In this document: in pieces, positions 12,683 through 26,005 of the stretch
How the letters are laid out: each line of letters starts with the position of its first letter
How positions within the stretch are numbered: the first letter of the stretch is position 1
Program-made: the position numbers and the translations under genes
Notes under the pieces: generated by a model
Databases searched by the model: none
The model's input: only the letters and a program-made list of their open reading frames with translations
Told to the model about the DNA's origin: nothing
Assembly: GCF_006345805.1 (NCBI RefSeq)
Contig: NC_042999.1
Location: 84,196,001 to 84,260,000, forward strand
Reading direction: 5' to 3'
DNA from: Octopus sinensis
Taxonomy: Eukaryota
DNA: 64,000 nt

Positions 12683-13951
12683 TTAACAATTCAAATATTA
12701 CAATAAACCTCATAAATTATTCGATTTTCCTTCATGTGTTCCTCCAGATTTCTTTAATAAAACTTCTTAACACTAAATTAGAACTTAAACATATATTCCA
12801 ATAGATAACCACTCTGCTTTAGTGGAGTAAATCCCGTCCTTAGTGAAAAATTTATTCATGTGTTTGTTGTTTTATATCAACTAACCGGAATTCTTTCTTT
12901 ACAAGTCTATACAGAAAATATCCACAGTGCACGCACTGCGAGACTATTGATAGCAATCTATCAATAGTCTTGGTTCAGGTAGGATTATTCGATAGTATTA
13001 CTCTTTTTAGCTTTCCACTTTACATTGAATATATGTTTGCCAGTTATATTTCCTTATTTAGTTTCTAGATGCTAAGTTTCCATTATTTTGTGAGTGATAA
13101 TAATGTCTTTTTGGTTGTTATCCCTATTTTTAATTATATTTAGTCTTCTGATTATAATTTGCGTTGTATTCAGTTAGGTCACCTTCTGGAATATGTTTTG
13201 CGGGTAAAATCTATAATTAATTCCGTTTCTTAATGGAATTGCTTCACCTGATGGGATTTTCTTTTAACTTTGTGAAAGTAGTTATATTTTATTCAATATG
13301 TGTGTGTTTTGCCCTAGTTATCGAATTCAGAGGAACCGGATTATTCTTAGCCACGTGGCTTTGGTGCCTAGATGCGCAAAGGAAAACCCAAAGTTTATAG
13401 AGGGTTTGTTTCTTTTAATTTACTGATTTTTATAGGGGTAAACGTTGCAGATGTATGAAATATTGGTTGTGACGCTATTGAACCGTTACCGCTCTCATCT
13501 GTAGTATTTTTGCGTCAAGGTGTTTTGCGTCGAAGCCTGCAGGCGTTATCGTTTAGATACATTGACAGTTTCATTTGAAAGCAGTAACGCTGAGGTGAGT
13601 TAATCTATATTTTCTTAAGTGCTTTTGTCTACGTATGTCATTAAGTACCCAACATTCTCCTTTGGCTTTGATAAAAATATTAATATACCCAGGTGACATT
13701 CCGATACTGGTTCTTGGTAAATTTGCGCCTTATTACTGTTTCACATACAAATTATGTATTGCTAGCCGGTGAAAGTTAAATTATCGCCGTTTGAAAACTA
13801 CCAGATGACTGGAAACGAGCAACTGGTAGGTAATATCTTCATTTCTGTAACAAATTCCCCGGAAACAATGTGCCAGCTTTATTCTGAAAAGCAATTGATT
13901 AGTATCTAATCTATTTTCATCCCTACATATTCACACACACTCACACACACA

Positions 13952-14006
<55 letters not shown>

Positions 14007-14110
14007 CCACACACACACATAAATATCAACAGAAGACGAAGGCGCAACAAGCAAGTGTTTTAGTTTGACGCTCGGGAAAATGGAAAAGTCTTTTACGTTT
14101 CGAGCCTACG

Positions 14111-14330
14111 AGGGTTTGTGTCTGTGTTTGTCTCTTGGCCATCGCATGACAACCAATAGTGGTGTGTTTATGTCCCCGCGACTTAGCGGTTCGGCAACAA
14201 AGACTGATAGAATAAGTACTAGGCTTATTAATAATAAGTCCTGGGGTCAACTTTTTCGACTAAAACCCTGAGTGTGATTCTCCAGCATAGCCGCAGTCAA
14301 ATGATTGAAACTAGTAAAAGAATAAAAGAA
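14111..14330 (+). mobile_element. SINE family B 3' half
   Basis: GTGTTTATGTCCCCGCGACTTAGCGGTTCGGCAA..GCCGCAGTCAAATGATTGAAACTAGTAAAAGAATAAAAGAA. Confidence 0.8.
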
Positions 14331-14586
14331 CACACACACAAACTATATGCATATATATATATATATGTATATATACATACATATATATATATATGTATTA
14401 TATATATATATATATTTATTTATTTATATATACTTTGATACTTTGATACTTTGATAGGTTTCGGCCATTATTGGCCCAGGCCACATACATATATATATAT
14501 ATATATATATATGTAGGTCCCGGGTTGATCCGGGGTTAACCACAGTAAGTAAGGTACTCAATACATAGCAGAGTAAAATTAATTTA

Positions 14587-14706
14587 TATATAGAAGGAGC
14601 TTCTACAGGACTAGTACTGTTTCATTCAGGAGAAATCTTCAGGAAGCTTCCTGAAGATTTCTCCTGAATGAAACAGTACTAGTCCTGTAGAAGCTCCTTC
14701 TATATA
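14587..14706. repeat. Perfect 120-bp palindrome made of two back-to-back hammerhead motifs
   Basis: 60-bp arms are exact reverse complements about the centre AAG|CTT (14646/14647), with no spacer. Confidence 0.95.
14645..14695 (+). ncRNA. Type I hammerhead ribozyme (mirror copy on minus strand at 14598-14648)
   Basis: Stem I AGCTTC/GAAGCT; CTGAAGA; stem II (U.U) TTC-TCCT-GAA; GAAA; stem III ACAG/CTGT with loop TACTAGTC; GUA cleavage triplet. Confidence 0.75.
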
Positions 14707-14780
14707 ATAAATAAATATATATATATATATAGATATATATATATATAATATATATATATATACATACACACACACACACA

Positions 14781-14817
<37 letters not shown>

Positions 14818-14911
14818 CATGTATATATATATATATATATACATACACACACACACACATATATATATATATAATATATATATACATGTATATATATATA
14901 TATATATACAT

Positions 14912-14951
<40 letters not shown>

Positions 14952-15129
14952 GCATGCAAGTATGTATATATGTATATATGCATACATATATATAATTATA
15001 ATAGGGGCTTAGAAAGAAAATTTTCTAGCCTATATGCTAAGAAATAGATACTAAATCGTCTCACCACTAAAAGAAGTCACAAACACATTCGATGCAACAA
15101 TCTAACGGAAATTTTTCATAAAACAGATA

Positions 15130-15184
15130 GTTCTGTATTAGCTAATTTCTGGATCTACCCAAAAGCTCTTGTCTTCAGCAGAAC
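15130..15184 (-). ncRNA. Type I hammerhead-like motif with palindromic stem III
   Basis: Minus strand: GTTCTG-CTGAAGA-(CAAGAGCTTTTGGGTAGATCCA)-GAA-ATTAGCTAAT-A-CAGAAC. Perfect 6-bp stem I, self-complementary ATTAGCTAAT, AUA site; stem II irregular. Confidence 0.7.
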
Positions 15185-15187
15185 ATG

Positions 15188-15276
<89 letters not shown>

Positions 15277-15289
15277 TGTGTGTGTGTGT

Positions 15290-15458
15290 AGGAATAATTC
15301 ACACAAAAAAAACAAAAGACGAAGACAGGTGGTGTAGACAACAAACAGATGTTTTAGTTTACCGATCAGGAAGTGAAAAAGTATTTAACGTTTCGAGCCT
15401 ACGCTCTTCCACAGAAAGGAAAACAGAAAGAAGCGACAAAATAAAGAATGTGTAGTGG

Positions 15459-15460
<2 letters not shown>
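15290..15460 (-). mobile_element. Short repeat with minimal hammerhead-like motif (CUGU variant), between microsatellites
   Basis: Minus strand: TTT-CTGTGGA-A-GAG-CGTAGG-CTC-GAAAC-GTT-AAA; same family at 56893-57060 and truncated at 14026-14110. Confidence 0.65.
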
Positions 15461-15498
<38 letters not shown>

Positions 15499-17968
15499 TT
15501 GTGTGTGTGTGTGTGTGTGTATTATTTTGATACAAGAAAATTATTGCCAATGCATCCGAAGTTTCGGCCAGCTAAGTCATCGTCATATAATTCGGTTTTA
15601 TCATAACTGAACATAATCAGCTAAAAAAAAAAGCAACCAATCGCACACAAAGAAATGAAAGGCCTCTATGGAATTGATTTTCTTGCTAGAAATAACAGAG
15701 ACGTGTTTTCAAATAATAGGGCGTCGGTTAAAATCTATTGGGGACTTATTAAAGAACGTAATATTGGGTAGACAAAAATCAATAAATAATTGAGGTGGTC
15801 ACGGCTGGAAACCATTTTGATAACAGAACTGCTCGATCAGAGTTTAACTGAAATATAAACAACAACAAAAACAGCAACAGAAAATAGAGTTAGCATTAAA
15901 ACCTTTTAGAGACAGAGATTTATAAAAATATCCTTTTCTTTTTAGTTTAATCATGGAATCTCCTGTTGCACGAACTTGCCATGTGTGAGTGAGTGTAAAT
16001 ACTTTGATTGGACGCTTTTTCGTCTGATATAGTACGCCATGATGGTGTTTATCACTCCTTTGGGGCTTTGTGATGGGAAGGTAGACTCATGGTAATGAAT
16101 CGGAACACGCGATATACAAGATAAAAGAAAGACAGGGCGGAGAAGCAAAAGAAGACGAAGACGACCACAACGAAGAGGAAGGAGAAGAAGAAGAAGAAGA
16201 AGAAGAAGAAGAAGAAGAAGAAGAACAACAACAACAGCAACAACAACAACAACAAAAACAACAACAAAAGGGGAAGAAGAGGTAGACAAGAAGACAAAAG
16301 GAAAGAGAAAAGAAAGCAAAAACGATAAATAAAAAAGACGGGAAGAGAAGTAAAATAAAAAGAATACAACACAAACAATAGCAACATCAACAAGAAAAAC
16401 GACTATGGCGGAGAGAACATGAAAGAAGAAACAAGTGGAAATAGCGATAAGGCATTACATTTCTTGCTATTCCATCAAGATACAGCTAAACTGAAGAATG
16501 CTTGGCGATAACGCCAAGCATTCTTCTGTTAGTAGAGGGAAATGTCTGTTATTGTGTTACATACTTGATAAAGTTTAACTTAAGCACTTTTCCTCGCGTA
16601 GTTTTTGCACATTATAACTTCTGTAGTTTTGCTCTGAGTTATCCCTAACATAGCAGTCTTATGTTCGTTATATTCATAGTATATATGTGGGACTAGACTA
16701 CTGAATATCTGATTATTCTTTTAAGATAGTATGCTGTGTTTTGAGTGCAATTAGGCCGTTACTACTAGCGATTCAAGACTTGCATAGACCTTGCAAAAGT
16801 TTTCTTTATAGTCATGGATGCCGTCCTTTAATTGTGGCCAATCCTACTGTGAGAACACATATAACAAATCCTTCCAAACTCATCTAATCTTTTACTTCAG
16901 AAGCTGTGCATTTACCACGCCACAACCTATCATGTTTATTCTTTCATTAAGTCATAGGATTTGGTGAGAGAAAATTTCGTTAGTTTTAAAGCTTTTTTTC
17001 CCCCACTTTTTTGGAGAAAGGCAGCCGCCATGGTGCTCTTCAGGGCTTGTGTGACTGGCGGAATACAAAGTCAGCCGTTGTATGGTTTCCTACAAAAAGC
17101 CACATGGTGTGTTTAGACAGTGAAGTTCAGATAGATTTCTCGGACTTAAATTAAGTCGAACGCAGCTGTTCTAGGCATCTTTAATAGACTGACTGTTAAG
17201 AGTTAAGACTCCAATGTTAATATAATTTCTAAAAACAAAATACGGTACCATATTCAAGAGTATTTCACTTCTGCTTTTTTTTTTATTATTTGTCATTGAT
17301 TACAGAATCGGCAGCTCCAGCTATGTGCCCAAACAAACGGGCAGCATTTGTGTGAACCTTTGCTCTATTATCACACCAGTCATGACTGCTGTTCAATGGA
17401 TATTTTAAACTGAAACAGACAGTTGCATTTCAAAGTTAACAAAGAGACTGGAAGATGGATTACTGTGTGTGGGAAAAGTAGGCATGACATTTGACAATAT
17501 TCAAAATTAGAATATCAAAATTAGCAGTATTTGATACTAGTACGACATGATTAAAATATAGGAAAACATCGGTAATCGTTCAAGAAAACAGCAAAATACT
17601 GCACGGTGTTTCTAAACTTTTGAAGAGTACTGAAAAACGCTTCAGAAAATCTATAAATGGTGTAGGAAAAAATAATCTTAAACATTGAATGGTAAAACCA
17701 TTCCAGTGTTGAAATGACGCACTAGATTATTTCAAATGAAATGCAGTTACCACCAAATGTGTGTGTGTGTGTGTGTGTGTGTACACATTTGTATATATTC
17801 TTTTACTTCTTTCACTCATTTGACTGCGGCCATACTGAAGCACCACCTTAAATATGTATTGTTGTTGTTGTTACTATGTGTATCTTTTCAGGGTCGATAA
17901 CAGAAGTTCCAGCCGAACACTAGGGTCGATATAAACAAACTTGCTGGCCTTGTGCCAACATTTGAAAC

Positions 17969-18038
<70 letters not shown>

Positions 18039-18041
<3 letters not shown>

Positions 18042-18585
18042 TAGTTTTATTTTTATATCGTGCTTTCACTTTACTACCGAGCGCAGCTCTGTGTGCCTTG
18101 GGTACGTACTGTGGTTTGTTGTGATAGTTACTGTATTGAAAGTGGTTACTGTATTGTAAGTGTTTTGCGTAGGATGTGTGCAGTGCCAAGTAGTGAAATT
18201 TTCTGTATGTTGTATATATATTTGTAAGTCCTGGTGTTTTTGTTATATATTTGTCTGAATATTTCTTTATTATATCTAATGTGCCCACTATGATAAGAAT
18301 TGGTTCTGTTTTTAGATTCCACATTCGCGTTACCTCTATTTCTATGTCTTTCTATTTTGAAAGTTTCTCCATTTCTTTTAGAAAAACGTTGTCATCTGGT
18401 GGTACTGATACATCAATTAGAAAGCAATTTTTTCTTCATGATCTCTGACAAATATATCTTGTCTATTGGCCTTAATTTCTCTATCTATGTGTATTGGCAT
18501 ATCCCAGTGTATGGTTGCTTTCTCGTTTTCTGTGACCTTTCCTGGTGTGTGCCTATACCATCTTTTTGCTGTTGTTATTCCATTT

Positions 18586-18589
<4 letters not shown>
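18039..18589 (-). mobile_element. R4/Dong-clade LINE 3' fragment (restriction-like endonuclease) inside (TAA)n
   Basis: WYRHTPGKVTENEKATIHWDMPIHIDREIKANRQDI..LIDVSVP..MWNLKTEPILIIVGTL..LGTAHILRK; (ATT)n on both sides. Confidence 0.9.
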
Positions 18590-18629
<40 letters not shown>

Positions 18630-18637
18630 CATCATCA

Positions 18638-18691
<54 letters not shown>

Positions 18692-19409
18692 GGAAGAGAA
18701 GTTATTATTGATATATGTGCTAGTATGTTTCTGCCGAAGAAAGAGGAGCTAAATAGATAAATATATAAGGAGAGGAACAAGTAAAATCGATTTTGTTCAA
18801 TGATAAAACATACCATATTTCAACTAATTTATTTAAAATGCGTATATGACAGAAGTCACATGACTAATTTTCAGTAACTATTGCCTTCACTTTTTGTGTC
18901 TATAGTCCACTCTCTCCACCTTTGCCGCTCTTCACTCGAGTAGCTGCAAATTACAAACTAAGTCTATGCATTGTTCATAAGAATCTGAAAGAAGATTTAG
19001 ACGAGAACCTAATAAGACTTTTCCCCCAACTTTTCTTTTATTCCAATCATATCCAGATCCACAGGGAAATTACTACGAAAATCTCATAGATGAGTTAAAA
19101 TAAATATATCAATCTAAACATATGTGTTGGCATACAGCACATATTCACAGACAGCTAAACACACTTCATAGTAATGCACAGCCGTGTCACTGCTCATAAA
19201 AGCATATTTGAATATAAATACACATATATAAACATCAGAGACATATGTAAGCACATGCAAATAGAATAAATTGCAACACACGCACATATATACAATTTCC
19301 AACTCCAACATGAACTTACACTCATTTTAATGAAGTCATATACGAAAGAGTACCTACATTTTCAAAATCTTAAATGCATATTAGTATGTTAGAAGAAAAT
19401 AGCAAAGGA

Positions 19410-19454
<45 letters not shown>

Positions 19455-19609
19455 AAGTTTTAAATTGAGGCGTAGAAAAGATTTATTACAGAGAAAGGTG
19501 GGGTATTAAGGTACAGAAGGAATCGGTGTCAAAGTTTAAATATTTAATTTCAGATTTTATTGGTAACGTTCATAATTACTGAAGACTAAATACACATACA
19601 ATGTCATTT

Positions 19610-19800
19610 TCAGTTGACAGGACAGCGCGGCCTTGTATCTTATCCAATGTTGATAAAAGCGACTGTGATATTACACCCTTTCCCAGAGATATTATATAGA
19701 TTTCGGGCGAAAGTATGATTAGTGTTAATGGTTGTGATTTGTCTGAAATATATTATATGTCATTAGGGTCCCAAAAGCTACTTTTTTCTGAGAGAATTTC
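19610..19800 (-). mobile_element. Highly decayed CR1/Jockey-like RT C-terminal remnant
   Basis: Minus strand reads SQSLLSTLDKIQGRAVL, resembling the L..LD.IQ.RA thumb motif; weak. Confidence 0.3.
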
Positions 19801-22800
19801 AAAAAGTTGGGGATGTTTTGATTGCTGGAATAAAATGAATAGCATAGCTGTAGTTTATGACATATCTGCTATATTACTTTAACTATAATATATACAATCG
19901 TGAGAGGGGCATGTCTGTAAGGAATGATAAATGGTCGCTTGGATATGAGAATCATCTATCGTAGGAAAATGTTTCACACTAGAAAAAGTTGATCAAAACT
20001 CTGAAAAACAACGAAATACAAATCTATTACGTAATACATGCCCTGTATCATGTGTCATTTACATTGCTAAATGATTCAACCTTTAACAGCAGAACTGTTA
20101 AAGGTCCACTTAGCTACTGACGTAAATAAACGACAATTTTGATGTATGAGCTAACCCGGTGATTTGGTTCGTTATTAGCTCATCTATCTTTTCTCTTAGT
20201 CCACATAGGGGCCTCGGTAGGTTAGAGTTGACTATGTAATGCCCGGGAAGGTTTAAGCAATTATTTTGTGACAACCAGCAGGTGCTTGTGCATGCCAGTC
20301 CCTCTTCTCTACCTTTCTAATGTGGAACAAGATAAAATCCACAGCTTTAAGTCCGATACATCCTAGGCCCAGTGTCGTAGCAGGCATTGCTCTCGGAACG
20401 CAAAAGGCTACAACATATATAAGAAGATACCATGTTCAACATTCTAACAGTTTCGCCAATCAACTAAATTAGTTACTTTTTTATCAACAAACAATGAAAT
20501 AGAAAACTGATCTCTGCCGAATTTGAACACAGAGCATAGAGATTCGGAATATGATTGGAGGCATTCTATGCATTGCCTTCACTGCTCAGCTAAATTTTCA
20601 ACCTTCTTGCTATTATTACCCGTATACAACAGAGATCTTTACGTTCATCGTCATGGTAATCATTCGCTTATTAGATTCCCTTGTAAATTACTGGTAATGA
20701 TTTCGTTGACTGGGAATGTGTATTGACATCATAAATATATCATTTCAATAAGATTTCAGTGCGTAATTTAAAACAAGACTGTAGTTATAATTCAGTTATT
20801 TAATAATAAACATAGTTGGCGTTTTGCTAGAAAAATTTAAAACAACAAAAAAAAAACAAATAAAATAATCGTCAAATTATGAAAAAATAACGTTAATTTA
20901 ATGACCAATAATATTTTAATCATTTTGGCGGCTATGAGAGATTACTAATTTCGAACTTGTCACATCTCTGTAGACAAGTATAAGCATAGGTTTCACCCAT
21001 AACAACTAAGATAATGAACTGATAATGACATAGTAGGTGGTCTCTATTTTACACGATTAGTCGCGTAGATTAGGAAAAGTTTACATTTTTGTTATAGGTC
21101 TAATATATAGATACTTCCAGCACAATGTCACTTTACTCTCTAAATATTTTATATTTCTGTTCTAACACTTCAACTTTTGCATAACGAAAATCACAGATTT
21201 AAGTTAGTAAATGCGATGAAGTCTATGATTCGATGTTGCAGACATAACAAACTGAGCCCTATCTAAAGCAGAAGAGAAGATACTTTATAAGGAACTTTGC
21301 ATAAAGCCTCTGTGAGGAGGCCTCAACTGGCACCATGTAAAGCTCCCAAAAAATAACTTTTTTTTTCTTGCTAGAAAGACGAAGAAGAAAATCCATTCAC
21401 ACAACCTACAAATACGGGCAGAACTCACCATCATATATGCAAACAATCCATTAACCGTTGGTTTACCACTGAATATGTCTCCTGTGGTTTGTACTGAAGT
21501 TAAGTCAGTCAGGCAAATTCAAATCACCTTCAGGCTATCGAGTATGTGTAGTTATCGCACGTTCGCAGCGTGAGTGAAATAAAATTAGTTCACGTGTAAG
21601 TAAATGGGAAACGCAGGAATAGCTGTTGAGAAGTTTGAAACACGCCTAATACATATCCCGAAAGCCACTCGTCTAATTGCTGTTTCTGTTATTTTCAGAA
21701 GGAAAATGAAGAATTTGAGAAGTGGTTTCTTGAAAACACCTTTTATATTACAGTTATATGTACAAAAGCAGAATATAGCATCACTTCATTCCTTAAATGT
21801 TAAAATTTATGATGGAAATAGAAATCAATATTATATATCTTCTTAGATGTGAAGCTGTATGAAAGTTATATCTGCCTTAGAGTTTCGCGTAAGGCACATA
21901 TGAAATAAATATAAATCATTTGTCTCTTTATATAGCTATAAAAGGAATTATTCTAGAGAATCTGTGGAGTGTCTTGGAAAAATAAACGAAGAAATCTTAC
22001 TATCACAAACAATGTTATATATGTATACGTAATGAGGTGCGCACACATGTATATTCATTCATAAAAACATGCAATCACACATACAAATATATAGATACAA
22101 ACACATACACACACTCACATATATATATATGCATAAATACGTCTGTGTTACATAACTCAGATACGTTTTCGCTATTATTTGTCTAGATGATTTGTAACAA
22201 AAAGCCCAACCGTGTGAGGTTCTTTAGACATATTTAGGTACACCATAGGCTCATTTGTGTAAGGGGTTGTTGTTGGGCCAAACGTATTCGGGAGTTGTTG
22301 TTCTTTTAATTTGGAGGGATTTTTTTTACCAATTGTTTAATTACTTTAGAATCTTCTTTTCCTCCCTTTGATCCCTTACTGGATAATCTTGATCGAATCA
22401 GAACCATTTAAACGAAACTGTTTTGTCGGATTGTTTATGTGGTGCAATATCAATTTTTTGTAAGTGATGTACGCCACGGGGTCGTAGGCTCCGGCATTTA
22501 TAAATTTGTACTAACATCATTTTGATAATATCGAAGGAATAGTTGCCGAATTGTACAAATAATGTAGCAGAAACAACAGCATTAGAGAGTATATAATTTG
22601 TGCTTTTTAGTTGATTCCAGTAATCAAGGACTATCGTGAAAATTAATTTAGAATTTTTAATTGACCTCTAGAATGGGTCAATCCTCATACTATATTTTGG
22701 TATTGGAAGGCCATAGACGCTGTATAATTTAAAGTGAGACAACGCAAGTGTAGAGAAAAGAATGGTCAATGGAAATTCTTAAGAAACTAAGATCATATTG

Positions 22801-22903
22801 TGCGGGCCATATCGAGTTTGTAGATGTGTGCATTGTACTTGTGTGCATTCCATGTTGCGACGACAAAAAAAAACATTCACATAAATAAGTACGTACATGC
22901 ACA

Positions 22904-22935
<32 letters not shown>

Positions 22936-24109
22936 GTACACACATATATAGAGATATAGAGAGATAGATAGATAGATACACAAACACACACACACACACG
23001 TACACACATATATAGAGATATAGAGAGATAGATAGATAGATAGATAGATCGATATAGATATAATATATATATAGATATGCATACGCTTAACACAAAAATA
23101 CAAATATATATATATGTGTGTGTATGGGTGGGTGCATGTATATATGTATGTATGTGTGTATGTATGTATGTATGTATGTATGTATACATGCATATATACG
23201 CGCACAGACAGTCATGAAATTGCAAATATACACATACGTAAAACACACCTTATCATGTTTGCGATTGGCGACGATTCCCCATTGAACCGTGAGGTCATTT
23301 AGAGTTTTATGATTTAAAGATGCTTCATTTTCAGGTCTTTATGGCAAGAATACTGAGAAAATATTTTTTGAAATTAGGAAAAATATAATTTTACAAAAAT
23401 TGAAACAACAATAAATAAACAAATTTTTAAAAAAACAGAACAATGAATGCATCCACAAATCCCCAACCAAAACATACAATGCACGCAAAACTTGAAAAAT
23501 TATTAAGTTTTGGAATTTATTTAACCAATTATTCAATTTACTGAGTAAAGTAATTCTCTAGAGAAGTTTTATGGTGGAAACTAATCTAATTTTAACGGCA
23601 ATTAAAGTCAACTGACATTTTATGTTTGGTTACTGGCTTATATACGTCGTTGGGTAATGACATAATGAAGGTAATAAGTACTTATCTCCACAAAAGTAAA
23701 ACTTAAGCAAATTTGGGGGGGGGAAGAGGAAGTTGGACGAGTTTGTAGAGTTGACTGTGGCTCCAGTTCCTAAGATAGAAAATATCGACAGTTTTTATCA
23801 AGCCAGTAGCCTTTTCCTATATACTTAATCATTCATCATGTGCTTAGTCATTGATCGTTCATTATCAAATGTGAGTGTCATACTTACATAACATATATCT
23901 ATGTATGAGTAAGTGTTTGGGTTTGTAGTTTGTATATTGGTGTATATTTCGACAGATGGATATTCGGTATCACGAAAGTTTACTTCTCGGACAGAAATAG
24001 ACACGTAAAACGCAGTTCTAATCGTCTGAGATATCTGAGATTCACTCTTGAAAAATTATGTTTAGAAGCTAATCTCAACGGTGAGGCTTCCTATGAGTCC
24101 TATAAACCA

Positions 24110-24227
<118 letters not shown>

Positions 24228-24289
24228 GTTAATCCAAATATGAAAACACAAAGCGAAAACACAACAACGTGAGGACGTGGAACAAGTAT

Positions 24290-24680
24290 AAGCGGGAAGA
24301 TCACTAAGTGGACATCCATTATGCTAGAAGTAGACCACCTCTGGTATTTTGGAGCGCTAAAACGAAGGCTTTTGAAATAATTGGTTGAGCTGTATACATG
24401 TTCAATCTCATGCGGATGATCTGTGTATAGTTCTTCAAGTTATATTTTGCTATGACGATCACACTGATGAGTTGCGGTCAATTATGTAAGTAATTACGTA
24501 AGTGGTAACAACGAAATCGGGTTTGTGATTAATCTTTATATTCTGTATCTTTTCATTTGTCTTGCTCGCTTACGTTCTGGCGTTTGCTAAATTTTCTTGA
24601 GAACAAACCTTTCTTAGTGGTAAGACCATAAGATGTCTACTTCTGGCATAATGGATGCCCACTTTGTGGTCATCCTTCTT
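24290..24680 (+). mobile_element. ~390-bp cassette with ~50-bp imperfect terminal inverted repeats and an internal hammerhead
   Basis: GATCACTAAGTGGACATCCATTATGCTAGAAGTAGAC pairs with GTCTACTTCTGGCATAATGGATGCCCACTTTGTGGTC; HHR at 24457-24530. Confidence 0.6.
24457..24530 (+). ncRNA. Type I hammerhead ribozyme
   Basis: Stem I GATCACA/TGTGATT; CTGATGA; stem II GTTG/CAAC extended by TTATGTAA-GTAA-TTACGTAA; GAAA; short stem III ATCGGGT; GUU site. Confidence 0.7.
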
Positions 24681-24809
24681 ATATGTATGTAATATAATTT
24701 TTCTAAATCTTCAGGTTTTTCAATATGCTACGCCACTGGTTATAAATTGATATTAATCAAATTAAGATTCAATTTTTCCTCCTTAAAAAAAAATATATAT
24801 ATATATATA

Positions 24810-26005
24810 GAAATTCGGGGTGAGTACTTGATAATTATAAGCACCTGTGTATACCGTTTGGTGGTGTAGGTGGTGGAGTAAATTGATCAAAATAAAAACA
24901 TGATGCGAAGGATTCAGCGGTACATATGTTTCGGGCCTTTATTAGACAGATTTATAACAATGCATAATGTATGTCTGTGGCCTTCTTCAGCCGCGCACAA
25001 CAGCTTCCACAAAGACATGTGTTACATCAAAAATTCTTGGTTGGGGATGCAAATCCTCCCATTCGCGTACGACATAATGCGGCATGTACATGTACACGTA
25101 TAGTGTCCGTGTATACATGCGGATATTCTGTTGTATGTATGTATGTGTACGCACGTGCGTGTGGGTGTGTGTGTGTTTATATGCATGTTTACACGCGAGT
25201 GCGTGTATATGCTTATAGGCTTGGAGGCGTATATGTACGCGTGTATATGGGTGTGTGTATCCATGTTGGTATGTATGTACTAGAAGTCCAAATAATTCAA
25301 GGAACCAGATTAAACGCTCAACAGCTCTGATTTACAACGCATTAGGTCCCCAGACGAAACTGTTGATTTACTGACAATTCTACAACTAAATTTTATCAAT
25401 CTCCTGACCACCATGCTTGGTCCTTAACCTCTATACATCCCTTATCTTTATATTTTTTATATTTTGTTACATTTTTATCATGTTTTTTTACTTTTATTTT
25501 TATTTCTATTTCTATTTTTACTTTATAACCTTATGCCTTTACATTTATTTATATTTCTTTATATTCTTTATATTCTTTATACCCCCTTTACATCTCCTTA
25601 TATCTCTTTATATCTTTATGCTCTACATTTTTATATTTTTCTATACTTACACTTTTTATACATTTTTTATCCCTCGTCCTGAATTCTCGCCCCTCCATCT
25701 TCACGTATATACATGTATTTATTTATTTACATTACTTCAACATCCATTTTTCCTCATCCTACATTGAGAGAAGAAAGAGATGGACGCTTCAATTCTATGC
25801 TGCTGCCGCATTATGTCGTACGCGAATGGGAGGATTTGCATCCCCAACCAAGAATTTTTGATGTAACACATGTCCTTGTGGAAGCTGTTGTGCGCGGCTG
25901 AAGAAGGCCACAGACATACATTATGCATTGTTATAAATCTGTCTAATAAAGGCCCGAAACATATGTACCGCTGAATCCTTCGCATCATGTTTTTATTTTG
26001 ATCAA

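Noticed and set aside
16540-16960. RTE-like RT remnant on the minus strand (also a CR1-like trace at 35990-36260)
   Set aside because: Only faint motif similarity by eye; needs a profile search before calling.
20400-21900. Microsatellite-poor stretch as a possible host exon or enhancer
   Set aside because: No consistent splice pair, recognisable peptide or motif; cannot be assessed without conservation data.
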